A stretch of 64,000 bases of DNA from Octopus sinensis (Eukaryota), in assembly GCF_006345805.1 (NCBI RefSeq), contig NC_043003.1, positions 88,350,001-88,414,000 on the forward strand, written 5' to 3'. Made by a program: the position numbers and the translations under genes. Of the stretch, positions 36,991 through 50,900 are shown in pieces (the stretch's first letter is position 1; each line of letters starts with the position of its first letter). The notes under the pieces are model-generated. The model had not been told where the DNA came from. It did no database searches and worked only from the letters and a program-made list of their open reading frames with translations.

Positions 36991-37300
36991 AAGATTCTGT
37001 GATAGCCTGGGCTTCCGAGGCCCACAGCTCTTCAATATCCTCCCGAAGAACCTGAGAGACCTGCATGGGGTGGATGCAGATGTCTTTAAAATGAAGCTGG
37101 ATCTCTTCCTGTCAGGTGTCCCAGATGAACCAACTTCACGGCAGGAGGGGCAGATGAGGGCAGCTGCATCGAACTCTCTCATGCACCAAATGGCAGTTGC
37201 TAGAAAGCTTTCGTGAAGTGAAACCAAGTAGCAACACCAAATGGCGGTGCCCCAGCTCATAAGCTGAAACTAGAATCAATCAATCAATCAATCAATCAAT
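36987..37300 (+). mobile_element. LINE F 3' end fragment with (AATC)n tail
   Basis: FCDSLGFRGPQLFNILPKNLRDLHG; tail gaatcaatcaatc. Confidence 0.88.
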
Positions 37301-37659
37301 CATCTATCTGCAGCTATGAAAGTTCTTTTCTAAGCTAATTATAAATATCTATCTATCTGTAACTATGAGAGAAGTGAAGGAGAGAAGTGAAGAGACAGAG
37401 AGAGAAAGAAATGAAAGAGAGGAGGTTATGCAACAAATAAATATCTATCTATCTGCAGCTACGAAAGTTCGTAACTACGAAAGTTTTCTTCTAAACTAAT
37501 TACAACTATACTTCTAATGTTCGCGTCTATATATTTAGGAAGATTGAGAGGCTGAGTAAATATATATATATAAATAAAGCAACAAATAAATATATACCTA
37601 TCTAAAATTGAATAATTTTAAAGAGAAGAAATAGAGAAAGAAAGTGTCTATGTATTTAG

Positions 37660-37700
<41 letters not shown>

Positions 37701-37819
37701 TATATATATTATATATAATATATTATATACATATATATATATATATAATATATATATAATATATATATATATATATTATATATATAAATGTTATATATAT
37801 TATTATCTACGAAGCTACT

Positions 37820-38200
37820 GTGGACTCTATACCCTATAAAGACACCGTTTTGACAAAGAAATACGTGGGCCTTACAGAGGGTAATTTCAAGGCCAGGTCC
37901 AATAACCACACCTTGAGTTTTAGGCACTGGGACAAAAGGAAAGCGACAAAATTATCCAATCATATTTGGTCATTAAAAGATAAAGGTGTCAGTTACAACA
38001 TCCATTGGAAGATTTTAGCCAAATGTAAACCCTACATCAACGGCAGCGGAAAGTGCGGTCTATGTGACATGGAAAGATGGCTTATCTGGAAAAGCAGTTT
38101 AGACACTGCTACATGTCTAAACTCAAGGACAGAACTTTTCTGATGATGCCCATATGTGACCAAATTTTTGTTACGTTTTTGGTCGCCCCAAGACAACAGA
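37820..38200 (+). mobile_element. PLE family C GIY-YIG fragment
   Basis: YVGLTEGNFKARSNNH..LSNHIWSLK..KCGLC..LNSRTELF. Confidence 0.8.
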
Positions 38201-38444
38201 TAGAACTTGCTTTCTATATTATGTCCACGCAAAAATTTTTTATCTCATTATACCTTTTACTTTTAGTTTTTCATATATTTTTATATATATATTATAGAGA
38301 ATTTGGTTTATAGATATATTATTTCTTTACACATAATATTTTTTTTACTGTACTCTACCTTCTATCCATTTTCCTTTTGCCTAGACGTGTATATGGATTC
38401 ATTTGTACGTGTGGATATGTACGAGTGTGCGGTATGTATGTATA

Positions 38445-39185
38445 TATATCTTCTCTCTTCGCTCTTTTATGCCATTTGGTCTCAACTCTCCCCCCTCCTC
38501 ATCTAACCTCCCCCCTGACTCCTGCTTCTCTTCGGTCCTTCATCTTTTAACCCCTACTCTCTTTCCCTCCTCTTCTTTCCTCTTTCTTCTTCCCTCTTCC
38601 CCTTCTCTCTTTCTCTCTGCTCCTTCATTCCCCTTCTCTCTCCCCCATATCCTCCACCTCCTCTTCTCTCCTTCCTTCTCCCCCCCACCCTCATCACTCT
38701 CACCTTTCCTCTTCTCCCTCCTCCCCCTCATCTCTCCTCCCTCCTCCCCCTCCCCTCCCTCCTCCTCCACTCCCCCTCAAATCCTCTCTCTACACTACAC
38801 CATACGACATTACACATCACATCATACATACATACACACATCCAGACCTTTCATACGCACTCATACACACACGCACCCTTATGTTGGGGTGAAGTCATTT
38901 GACCCTGTTATCTCCCCTATTTTTGCTCTTGCGTCTCACGTTTGATCTCTGACTTCTGGCCAGAATCAGATTGCCATGTTGAATCGCTAGCTTCTGCACG
39001 CATTTTTTTTCTCTCCTTGTTTCTCTCCATGTTTCTTTTCTGTGTATCTTTCTGTTGAAGAGCGTGGGCTCGAAACGTAAAAAACTAGTTTTATTTATAT
39101 TCCTGAGCACCATACTAATACAATTGTTTGTTTGTACTCCACCTGCCTTCGACTTTTGTTTATTTTCATAAAGCTTCCCGTTATA
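38445..39185 (+). mobile_element. PLE family A 3' end/pLTR
   Basis: Reverse complement of about 5660-6680; ends TTCCCGTTA(TA)n. Confidence 0.85.
39047..39084 (+). ncRNA. Hammerhead-like motif (CUGUUGA variant), PLE-A
   Basis: TCTTT-CTGTTGA-A-GAGC gtgg GCTC-GAAAC-GTA-AAAAA. Confidence 0.5.
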
Positions 39186-39429
39186 TATATATATATATAT
39201 ATGTTATATATGTATATATGTATATTATATTATATATATAATATATTATATACTATATATAATATATATTATATATATATTACATATATATATATATGTA
39301 TATATATATATAATATATATTATATATATATATATAATTATATATTATATATATATATATATTATATATATATATATTACATATATATATATATATATAT
39401 ATATACATTATATATATATACATTATATG

Positions 39430-39460
<31 letters not shown>

Positions 39461-39461
39461 A

Positions 39462-39509
<48 letters not shown>

Positions 39510-39539
39510 TATATATATATATATATATTATATATAAAT

Positions 39540-42500
39540 CCTCCAATGAAGAATCGAATACCGCAGCTCATAGTAGAGAACTTTTTACCCACTCAAGATC
39601 AGCAATAATATATGGCAAAGCTGAATCCACCTGTGATACAGGCATAAACCGCCTAAAAGATGACATTATTTTGTTTCCATTTGGTTGGAGAATTGTTCTC
39701 TGTGAACGAAAATGTCAGTGTTCTTAAGGTCGCTCGGCTAAGACGATTCCAAGCGAACCCAACCGCAAATACTAGACCACGCCCAATAAGGGTAATCTTT
39801 TTCTGATCGGGAGGCTTCAGTCTTCTGAACAGAGCTCAGACGCATGCCTGGGAGGACCCCAATATGGGTTTTCGCGAGGAATACTCACTAAGAGAGAGAA
39901 TTCGCCGGAGGAACCTGATATCCGAACTAAAGATGAGGAAACAAATGGGAGAGAAGGGTTTACGAATCCAAGATGGACAGATAATCAAGTCCTACCTCTG
40001 GTCCCATGCTGTAGTGCTGACAGGGAAAGTGATGTGAGGGCAAATCGAAGTGAAGTTGATACCCCCGTCAACGATGCTATCTCTGATGCCCTTTATTCTG
40101 CTTGTTCCCCAACTCCCGCCCCTCAGACTTCACAGCTCAGCATCGTCTACACCAACTCGTGCTCCTTATTCCCAAAGTTCAGTGAACTATTTACACTGGC
40201 CATACGTGACTCCCCTGATGTGATAGCTATCACCGAGACTTGGCTGACTCCAGTAAAGGACTCAGAAATCCACCTGCAGGGCTACGTCCTTTTCAGATGT
40301 GACAGAGGAAAAAGGCGAGGTGGAGGTGTTGCTGTGTATGTTAAGTCTGAGCACAAACCGTCCTGCGGTATTCTACCCACAAATGCTCAACCTACAACAA
40401 AATTCGATGCCGTCTATTGCAAGCTGAGCCTATCTGAGTTTTGCCTGCCCGTGTTGGCTGTCTACAGGCCGCCTCTAGCCGACCCCCAGGACGATGCTCA
40501 TCTACTCGAAGCGATAAGATTCGTTTCAGCTTCGCAGGACTGCTTGGTACTAGGCGACTTCAACGCTCCCACGATCGATTGGCCCGCATCAATTTGTACA
40601 ACATCTTCCCGGTTCGGCTAGGCCCTTCTTGACGTGGCTGAAGATTGTTTTCTATCACAACATGTTGAATATCCGACAAGGCATCGGTCTGGGCAGCAGC
40701 CATCTATGCTAGATCTGGTATTCTCCCACTATCCAGATCAGTGTCAGACCGTACCGGTGTGCGCCCCTTTTGCCAAGAGTGATCATGCGGTCCTGAAGTT
40801 CGTCATGCACACAACTTTTTCTACGCCCACGATTACTTCGCTGCCACGTAGAGTCTTCTCTGCAATTAATCTTGAAATTCTAACCGAGGCTTCCGCGCTT
40901 CTGGACTGGCGATCCCTGATGACGTTGTCCTCAGTTGACGAACTATGGTCATCCCTCAAAGCATATGTAATCTGTTTGACTGACCAGGCAGTTCCCGTTG
41001 GGCTTCCCAGGAGAAACACAAGCCCTAGGTGACGAAGAAGGTTAAACGAGGAACGTCGACTCAGAGATATTGCTTGGGCTGAATTCAAAAATCTGGATTC
41101 GACTGCAGCTTTTGAGGTGTACAAAACTCAACGAGACCGAGCCGTGAAAATTGAAAAGAAAGAATGCTTCAGTTATGAATACAAAATCGCGGCAAATGCC
41201 AGTAGCAATCCAAAAACCTTCTTTGCCCATGTCCAGCGGAATTCCTGCTTGAACAACCAGATTGCAACGTTGGTAGACTCAACAGGCGTATCGATTGAGG
41301 ACCCTTATCAACAGAGTCAATTATTTGCCGAGGCTTTTTCAACTATTTTCAAACAAGATGATGGTCGTGAACCCCCTCCATTTGATAGATCAGTACCTCC
41401 AATGCTTCGATTGGTCATCACGCGGGACGAAGTCAAACGTGTTATTCAAGGCCTCGATGTCAACAAGGGTCATGGCCCTGACAGCATACACCCACGGGTT
41501 ATCAAAGTGTTGGCTCTGGTCATCTGCGAGCCCTTAACACGACTATTCAATATGTCATTGGCGACGGGTGTTATACCTGCAGACTGGAGAACAGCGATAA
41601 TCTGCCCAATTTTCAAGAAAGGGAGCCGCGAAGACCCGCTTAACTACCGACCGGTTTCCCTTACATCAATAATCAGCAAGATGTTCGAAACTATCCTTAA
41701 GAAAAGTATGATGCTCCACCTCCTAAACACAGCCTCGATCACTGATTCCCAACACGGCTTCGTGCCGAAGAGATCATGCTTGACCAACTTACTAGTAATG
41801 GAAGAATTGGTAACGCGCATCCTCGATGATAGTGATGCTGTTGACATCGTTTTTGGACTTTGCCAAAGCTTTTGACTCGGTAACCACACCCGCCTACTAC
41901 TTGTCAAGCTTCAAGCATATAGTTTCCATCCGGATATTGTACGATGGGTTGGTGCCTTCCTCTCAGATCGCTCCTTCCAAGTTCAAGTTAATGGTTCGCG
42001 GTCCGACGTCTCCAGTGCGAGCAGTGGCGTGCCTCAAGGTTCAGTGCTTGGGCCCTTGTTGTTCTTAGTCTTCATAAATGACTTGCCCGACGACCTCACG
42101 CAACACACCTTCTATTTGCCGACGATATCAAACTGGTCGCTCCTCGCGGTAGTATAGAGGATCTTCGTCGATGCCTCCACCAAATTTGGAAGTGGTCTAA
42201 CGATTGGGACCTGTGTCTGAATGTGTCAAAGTGCTGTCATCTGCCTGTCGGCTCTACTCCTGCAACTCAACTTGATTTCGAGCCGGGTCGTCTGCTGCTG
42301 GAGAGGACCGATCAGGTAAAGGACCTGGGTATCTTGGTGGATTCCTCCTTTTCGCCTTCGGCCCAGTGCGTCCATGCTGCCAACAAAGCGTGCGGAATTC
42401 TGTTTTTGATTCGACGGTCATTTGGAATGCTCACAGCAGCCATATTCCTACCACTCTATGTCACGCTGGTGAGACCCATATTGGAGTATGGGATTCAAGC

Positions 42501-42975
42501 CTCTTCTCCTTATCTCCTCAAAGACATACAGCATCTCGAAAGAGTCCAGAGGCTGGCTACCCGCATTGTTCATGGTCTCAAAAATTTGTCCTACGAAAGG
42601 CTGAGGACGCTCGACCTTTATTCTCTTGAAAAACGCCGCCGCCGTGGTGATCTGATTCTCGCTCACAACATCATAAGCGGGAAGTGTAACCTCTCGAAAC
42701 AGCTGTTCTTCACTCCTGCTCCGGAGCGTCGGCTGCGGGGTCATTCCGAAAAGCTCTACCTGCGACGATTTCATCTCAATCGAAGGAGAGGAGCTTTCTC
42801 CGTCCGGGTTGCGGATCCGTGGAACAAGCTGCCAGACGAGATGGTGAAGATGCCACGACCGCTTTGTTCAAAGCCTCCCTGACCTCAAGTGGCCTGAACT
42901 CTTTACATGAACACCACCCTGTACTTAACTCCATGTCCCCCTACATGGCCTTGCTATTTGCTTTTGAGCCATATA
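39540..42975 (+). mobile_element. CR1/L2-group LINE family E (ORF1 remnant, APE, RT), disrupted
   Basis: APE 40034-41032 (IAITETWL, GDFNAP, SDH), RT 41117-42882 (YRPVSLTS, LDFAKAFD, PQGSVLGP). Confidence 0.92.
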
Positions 42976-43069
42976 TATATATATTATATATATATATTTT
43001 ATATATATATATATTTTATATATAGGCAGGCAAGGAATACAGGCAAGGAATACTCACAGGCAAGGAATA

Positions 43070-46000
43070 CAGGTACAAGATTTTCTGGGCAGGGAACACA
43101 GACGGGGTTGGGTGCGTGGGTATACTTCTTGCAGAGAAATGGGTTGATAAGGTAGTCGAAGTAGTCAGAGTATGTGACAGAATCCTTAAGATTAGACTAG
43201 TGCTTTATCATAGGTCAGCAACCATCATCTCGGCATATGCCCCTCAGTCGGGGCTACCAGAAGGACAGAAAGACCGATTCTATGACACCCTATTACAGAC
43301 TACCTCGTTGACAAATGACAGTGATCTTCTCTTTGTGGTAGGTGACTTCAATGGACATGTTGGACGGCATGTTGGGGGCTTCCACGGCATACGCGGGGGC
43401 CACGGTTTTGGCTCTCGCAATGAGGAGGGAACCAGACTGCTGGAGTTCTGCGATGCAAATGACCTCATGATTTGCAATACCAACTTCAGGAAACCCACCT
43501 CTCACCTAGTCACCAACCGTTCTGGCAGACACACTACCCAGATCGACTACATCCTCGCCAGAAAGAGGGAAAAAGGGCTGCTTATTAATGCTAAAACCTT
43601 CCCAGGCGAGGAATGTACCCCTCAACATAGATTAGTAGTTAGCGACTTCAGAATCAGGGCCAAATGGATGCCCAGAATAAGACCAGTTCGGAGGGGAAGA
43701 GTCTGGAAACTTAAAAATCCTGTAAATGGACGGAGATTTAGAGAAGTTCTACTCGAAGCTTTCGATGAAACAGAAGGGGATATAGCATCACATAATGTGG
43801 AAGCCAACTGGAGGTTTCTACGGGACAATCTGCTGAAAGCCACTGACCAGATCTGTGGATGGAGCAAAGTCCCATCTCGTCCCAGGGTAATGTGGTGGAG
43901 GAACAATGTTGTAGACAGGGCTATTAGAGACAAGAGACAGGCTTGGAAGGACTGGAGGAAAGACGGTAGTAGGGAATTGTATCAGACTGCGAAAAGAGAA
44001 GCTAGGAGACAGGTATATTTAGCTAGAGGGGAAGCAGATAAGAAAAAATTTGCCAATGTTCTGCGCCGTGAGGACCAAAGACTTGAGGTGTTTTGTGTTG
44101 CAAGACGGTGTGTGAGAGAGAATCGTGATGTGTTCGCATGGATGATGGTTCACTTGCGCTGAATGAGGATGCAAATAGATGCCACTATGAAAGATTGCTC
44201 AACAAAGAGAATGAATGGGATAAAGAGAGTCTGCCGAATGTCGACCCAATAGAGGGACCAGCTATCCGAGTTGACAGTTCCATGGTAGTTAAGGTAATTG
44301 GTAGCATGAAGACAGGGAAAGCCCCAGGCCCATCAGGAATTACTGCTGAGATGCTCAAAATATCTGGCAGTGTCGGCTATAGCCTAGTCACCCATATAGT
44401 TAACCAGGTGATACACGAAGGAGTCATACCCAATGACTGGTGTAGTAGCATAATAGTCAACTGCTACAAAGGTAAGGGTGACGCTCTTGATACAAGTAAT
44501 TACAGAGGTATCAAGCTGTTGGATCAGGTAATGAAGGTTACGGAAAGCGTCATAGCCCAACTGATTAGAGACAGAGTCAACCTAGACGAGATGCAGTTTG
44601 GTTTCGTGCCAGGGAAAAGCACCACTGATGCCATATTTCTGGTGAGACAGCTGCAGGAGAAATACCTAGCGAAAGATAAAACTCTGTACCTGGCTTTCGT
44701 TGACTTGGAGAAAGCCTTTGACAGGGTCCCCCGTTCCCTTATCTGGTAGTCAATGAGGAAACTAGGTATAGATGAATGGTTAGTGAGAGCTGTGTGTGTC
44801 ATGTACAGGGACGCTGTTAGTAAGGTGAGGGTTGGCAACAAGTACAGCAAAGAATTCTGGGTAGAGGTTGGGGTCCACCAAGGCTCAGTCCTCAGCCCCC
44901 TCCTATTTATCATAGTCCTCCAGGCAATAACAGAGGAATTCAAGACAGGATGCCCCTGGGAGCTCCTCTATGCTGATGACCTTGCTCTAATTGCTGAATC
45001 ACTATCGGAACTCGAGGAGAAGTTTCAGGTGTGGAAGCAAGGATTAGAATCGAAGGGCCTTAGAGTCAATCTAGCTAAAACCAAAGTCCTAATAAGTAGG
45101 AAACTAGACAAATTTCAAACGCCATCAGGTAGATGGCCCTGCTTGATCTGTAGAAAAGGCGTAGGTAGGAACTCTATAAGATGCACCAAGTGTAAGCTAT
45201 GGACACATAAGAGGTGCAGCAATGTCAAAGGAAGGCTAACTAGGAACATAGTTTTTGTATGTGGCAGATGCTCTGGTGCAATAAACACTGAAAGTGCGCA
45301 GAGACCATCTTCCGCCACATTCCAGGGAGAAAAACTTAAAATAGTTGATAGTTTCCGTTACCTAGGTGACCAAGTCAGTAGCGGGGGTGGGTGTGCCGAA
45401 AGTGTAACTGCTAGAGTAAGAATAGCCTGGCAAAGTTGAGAGAGCTCTTACCTCTGCTGGTGACAAAAGGCCTCTCGCTCAGAGTAAAAGGCAGACTGTA
45501 TGACGCATGTGTGCGAACAGCCATGCTACATGGCAGTGAAACATGGGCCGTAACTGCTGAGGATATGCATAAGCTTGCAAGAAATGAAGCCAGTATGCCC
45601 CGTTGGATGTGTAATGTCAGTGTTCATACCAGACAGAGTGTAAGTGCCTTGAGAGAAAAGTTGGACCTAAGAAGCATCAGATGTGGTGTGCAAGAGAGGC
45701 GTCTACGCTGGTATGGACACGTAGTAAGAATGGATGAAGATAGTTGTGTGAAAAAGTGCCACACCCTGGCAGTTGAGGGAACCTGTGAAAGAGGCAGACC
45801 CAGGAAAACCTGGGACGAGGTGGTGAAGAACGACCTTCGCTCTTTAGGTCTCACCAAGGAAATGACCAGAGACCGAGACCTTTGGAAGTATGCTGTGCGC
45901 GAGAAGACCCGGCTGGACAAGTGAGGCCATAACCCATGGCCCCTACCTGGGACGTAGTCAGTCCACCTCCGCATACCTTCCTTTTTGGGATACATATCTC

Positions 46001-46392
46001 TACTTGTGAAGACCTGTTGAAGCAAGTGAAGATGGACAAAAATGGATAAAATCAAAAGCAAACTCGATGAACATTAATGGAATTTGTAGTTTTCTGGTAC
46101 CAGTGCCGGTGGCACATACGAAAACTGTCTGAACGTGGCCATAGCCAGTACCGCACTGACTGGCCTCGGTGCCGGTGGCATGTAAAAAAAACCATCCGAG
46201 CGTGTCGGTGGCACATAAAAAGCACCCACTACACTCAGGGAGTGGTTGGCGTTAGGAAGGGCATCCAGCTGTAGAAACACTGCCAGATCTGACTGGCCTG
46301 GTGCAGCCTTCGGGCTTCCCAGACCCCAGTTGAACTGTCCAACCCATGCTAGCATGGAAAGAGGACGTTAAACGATGATAATGATGATGATG
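43070..46392 (+). mobile_element. RTE LINE, most complete copy (APE-RT-PHD-thumb-3' UTR), frameshifted
   Basis: APE 43116-44162 (SAYAPQ, GDFNGH, QIDYIL, QHRLVV), RT 44138-45439 (LYADD), tail (GAT)n. Confidence 0.95.
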
Positions 46393-46420
46393 ATATATAT
46401 ATATATATTATATATATATA

Positions 46421-46622
46421 TCTATATATATAAAACTGTAGTTGTGTGAGTGTCTGTCCCCTTCAATTTAGATTCCTAACTACTCCCACATTTTGCGGCG
46501 CAGTGTAACCAAAAGCAGGTATCTTATAGTCGTGATTCATATTGAGCCCGTCTGGCTATTAGCGCGCGTCTACGATGAGTCTACGATTTAAAAAATAATT
46601 TAACATAATTTTTTATTCCATT
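46421..46622 (+). mobile_element. Helitron-like 5' fragment
   Basis: A|TCTATATATATAAAACTGTAGTTGTGTG; homologous to 56270-56465. Confidence 0.6.
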
Positions 46623-46643
46623 TTATATATATATATATATATA

Positions 46644-47050
46644 TTCCGTTATATCTATTCTATATATATTATGTGTTGCTCTGTTTATATATGTTGTGCA
46701 CACATGTGTGTATATATCTGTATGTATATGTATATGTGTATGTTAGAAGTATAGTCGCAATTAGTTTTATTTTACCGTTAATTCCGTTATATCTATTCTA
46801 TATATATATTATTTGTTACTCTGTTTATAAATGTGTATGCGCACATGTGTGTATATATCTGTACGTATATGTATATGTGTATGCTAGAAATATAGTCGCA
46901 ATTAGTTTTATTTTACCGTTAGTTCCGTTATATCTATTCTATATATATTATTTGTTACTCTATTTATATATGTGTATGCGCACATGTGTATATATATCTG
47001 TATGTATATGTATATGTGTGTGTTAGAAGTATAGTCGCAATTAGTTTTAC
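46644..47050. repeat. About 140-bp tandem repeat x3
   Basis: ttccgttatatctattct recurs at 46644, 46782 and 46923. Confidence 0.85.
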
Positions 47051-47289
47051 TTTAGAAGACATTGTCTGTAGCGACGGACAAATATATATTTCCATATTTC
47101 CTTTTCTCTTTTTCTCTGCTTAAATTCTGTAAAATCTCTTGGCTTGTTTTCTTTCAGCTGTTTTATTATTATTATTACTGTTTCTTTATATACTCACTTG
47201 TTACTCTTGTTTATATATGTGCATGTGCACACGTGTGTATATATGTGTATGTATATGTATGTATACATGTGTATGGGTGTGTACAAATA

Positions 47290-47875
47290 GCTTCGTTTAG
47301 AATTCTTCCCTCTCTGTCTGTCTCTTCAGTTCTCTCCCTCACGCTTCTCCTTGTCTCTTCATTACTCTCTTCTATCTTACTCCCCTCTTTCAGATATATA
47401 AATTCTTTCTATATTTCTTCCTTCTCTCCCTGTCTCCTCAGTTTCTCTCCCGCTTCTCCTTGTCTCTCCATTACTCTCTTCTATCTTACGCTCCTCTCTC
47501 GGATACATATATTCTTTCTCTATTTCTTCCTTCTCTCTCTGACTCTGAATTCTTCCCTCTCTGTCTGTCTCTTCAGGTCTCTCCCTCACGCTTCCCCTTG
47601 TCTCTTCATTACTCTCTTCTATCTTACTCCCCTCTTTCAGATATATAAATTCTTTCTCTATTTCTTCCTTCTCTCCCTGTCTCTTCAGTTTCTCTCCCGC
47701 TTCTCCTTGTCTCTCCATTACTCTCTTCTATCTTACTCTCCTCTTTCAGAAATATAAATTCTTTCTCTATTTCTCCCTTCTCTCCCTGTCTCTTCACCCT
47801 TCAGTTCTCTCCCTCTTCTGCGAACAGATATATATATATATATGTGTATATGTATATATATATATTCTTTCTCTG

Positions 47876-47915
<40 letters not shown>

Positions 47916-50900
47916 TTCTTTCTCTATTTCTTCCTTCTCTCTCTGTCTCTTCAGTTCTCTCCCTCACACTTCTCCTTGTCTCCTCATTACTCTCTTCTAT
48001 CTTACTCTCCTCTTTTATATATATATATCTTACTCTCCTCTTTCAGATATATATATCTTACTCTCCTCTTTCAGATATATATATCTTACTCTCCTCTTTC
48101 AGATATATATATCTTACTCTCCTCTTTCAGATATATATATCTTACTCTCCTCTTTCAGATATATATATTCTTTCTCTATTTCTTCCCTCTCTCTCTGTCT
48201 CTTCAGTTCGCTCCCTCACGCTTCTCCTTGTCTCTTCATTACTCTCTTCTACCTTACTCTCCTCTCTCAGCTCTCAATCTCTCCTTAAGTACATAGACGC
48301 TCTCTTTCTCTATTTCCTCCCTACCCCCTATTGCACTATTAGATTAATATAAATTAATATAATTAGATAGATAGATAGATAGATAAAATATCAAGAATGT
48401 CCAGAACCTGGAAACGTGACGAATTGGCGTGGTTCCTGCGAGGAGGGCAATGCGCTGACGGAGAAAATCCAAATAATATAATTACAGCTGCGCTGAAGAA
48501 CAACGGATACAAAAGGACGTCAGCTCAAATAGAGCGGAAGAAGCAAGAATTTATACACTCCTACGCACTTGTCAGATCGCACATTAACACGCTGGATGCC
48601 ATTTTTGACAGCGAAAAACGCGAACAAAGTAAAGATGGCAAGGATGGAGACGCGGGCGCTGATGAGGAGGGTCACCCCCACCTGGTAGACGCCCAGGAAG
48701 AAAACTCCAGTGAGAGGCCTGCCCGGGAGGTGAACCCAGGTGCGGATGCTCCTACCGGCACCAAAAGCCATGGACATGGAGATGAAAAAACCAAAAAAGG
48801 AGGAAAAACTGAAGCTAAAACTCAGACAAAGCCAAGGGGCAAGGCAGCCAGGGATAGAGGCAAATCTAACTATCCATATGCCAAAAAGGATGGAAACAAG
48901 CAGCGCACACGGGTATGTAGGTTTTACCTGAAAGGTGCCTACCGGCATGGAGAGGAAGGTGCAGGCTGCCGTTTTGCACATCCGGGACACTGCCACAGAA
49001 ACCAACCACCGAAAGGAAATGGGATGTACCACGCATCACCTGCCCCAAAACGGAGGTACGCAGATGTGGTGCGTGCCACAAACCACCAACGTGTTGTTGA
49101 AAGGGCAGCTGCTGAGCAAGAATCTTTTTTGTGCATGGCACAAAAGATTGTACAGCAGCTAACCTGGCTCCATCAAACTCAAGCTCGCAGATGGAACTAC
49201 CCACAGTTCACAAGACCGCCACAGCAGATGGACCCAGGGTGGACACCACCGGCAACAGCATACACCTCACCTCGATGCTCCTACTGAACATCAGAGGACT
49301 ACTAACACACAGTAACAGGACAAAAGTCCCGTTCCTGAGAGACTTTGTCGCATGCAATCAAGCCTTATGCATAGCACTCACGGAGACGCACCTGAAACCG
49401 GACATAGCAGATGCGGAATTAGACATACCACAGTATATTGTACTACGGACCGACAGAAAAGAAAGGAGTCATGGAGGAGTTGCTATGTACATCCGTGAGG
49501 ACCTCACACCCCAGGTCCTTTTGTCATACTCAAACTCGGTGTGTGACACACTAATTGTACACATAAGGCAAATTGATGTAGTTGTGTGTGCTACATATCG
49601 CCCTCCAGATGCCCCAAGCCATATGGGCAAGTTCGAGGACTGCCTTTTAAAAATAGAAGAAGTTCTAATCACATTAGAACAACACATGAGTGTACTTCTC
49701 ATGGGAGACTTCAATCTCCCAATGTCAGATGGCCCGAGGGCCTTTCTCTCTCAGGAATGACAAGATGTGAACGAGGACAGGCGAGGTCCCTCCTGAACCT
49801 CATCAACACCCTGTACATGGAGCAAGTAATACTCCAACCAACCAGGGCAGGTAACACACTGGATCTCTGCTTCACAAATAATATGGATCTCATCCATAAT
49901 GTGAAAGTGACACCGACACTACTCTCGGATCACAACATGGTAGAGTTGACCATGTACGGGCCAAAAGAGAGCACGACATGCAGCCTACAAGAACCCTCAG
50001 AATCTTTCCAGCTTGAACTTCAATAATGCACAACTGGAAACAATTGAGAAAGAGATCCTCAAACAAAACTGGCCTGAATGTCTCTCCTTGCCGGACATCG
50101 ACATGATACTTCAACAATTCATGTCTGTAAAGCAAGCCATATGCTACAAATGTGTCCCAGAGAGAAAGGCCACTGTACACAAGAACAAAATCCCCAGAGA
50201 GAGGAAAATTTTAATGAGACGGCGTACAAAAATTTCAAATCGCCTAAACAAACAAATTGAAACCAGTGAAAAGTCCCGCCTGAAAATAAAACTGTTGGAA
50301 ATTGAAAATTGTCTGCAACTCTCCCATGAGAAGGAAAGAGCAGACGAAGAAGCCTGGGCTATAGACAACATAAAAACTAACCTCAGAGCTTTCTACAGGT
50401 ATGCCAAAGAAACAGCTACGGTGCACTGTAGGATAGGGCCACTCCTTGAAAAGGATGGCACACTCACAGGAAAACCAATGAGGGTAAGTGAAATACTGAA
50501 TGAACAATTCAAGAGTGTTTTCACTCCACCCCTTGGGCATTTCCAAATCAGCAATCCAACTGACTTCTTTACCACTGCAGATATAGAATCAGAGGCGGCG
50601 ACGATAAATTACATCGATATAAAGGAAGACGATGTAATAAGGCTATAGATGAAATGAAAACAGACTCAGCTATGGCCCCGATGGATTCCTGGCAATCCTC
50701 TAAAATCATGTAAGAGAGTCCTAGCAAGACCACTGCAGTTTCTCTTTCAGAGCTTCCTTGCAGCTGGCAAAACCTCCAAGAAACTGAAGGAAGGTAAAAT
50801 ATGCCCTATTCATAAAGGAGGTAGCAGAGCGGAGGCCAAGAACTACAGACCTATCTCTCTCACCTCACACATCAGCAAGGTCATGGAACGAATAGTCAGA

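Noticed and set aside
38128-38190. CTGATGA followed by a hairpin after the PLE-C ORF, as a possible hammerhead
   Set aside because: No GAAA or stem I partner. It falls in the decayed reading frame (..RTELF**CPYVTKFLL) and is likely chance.
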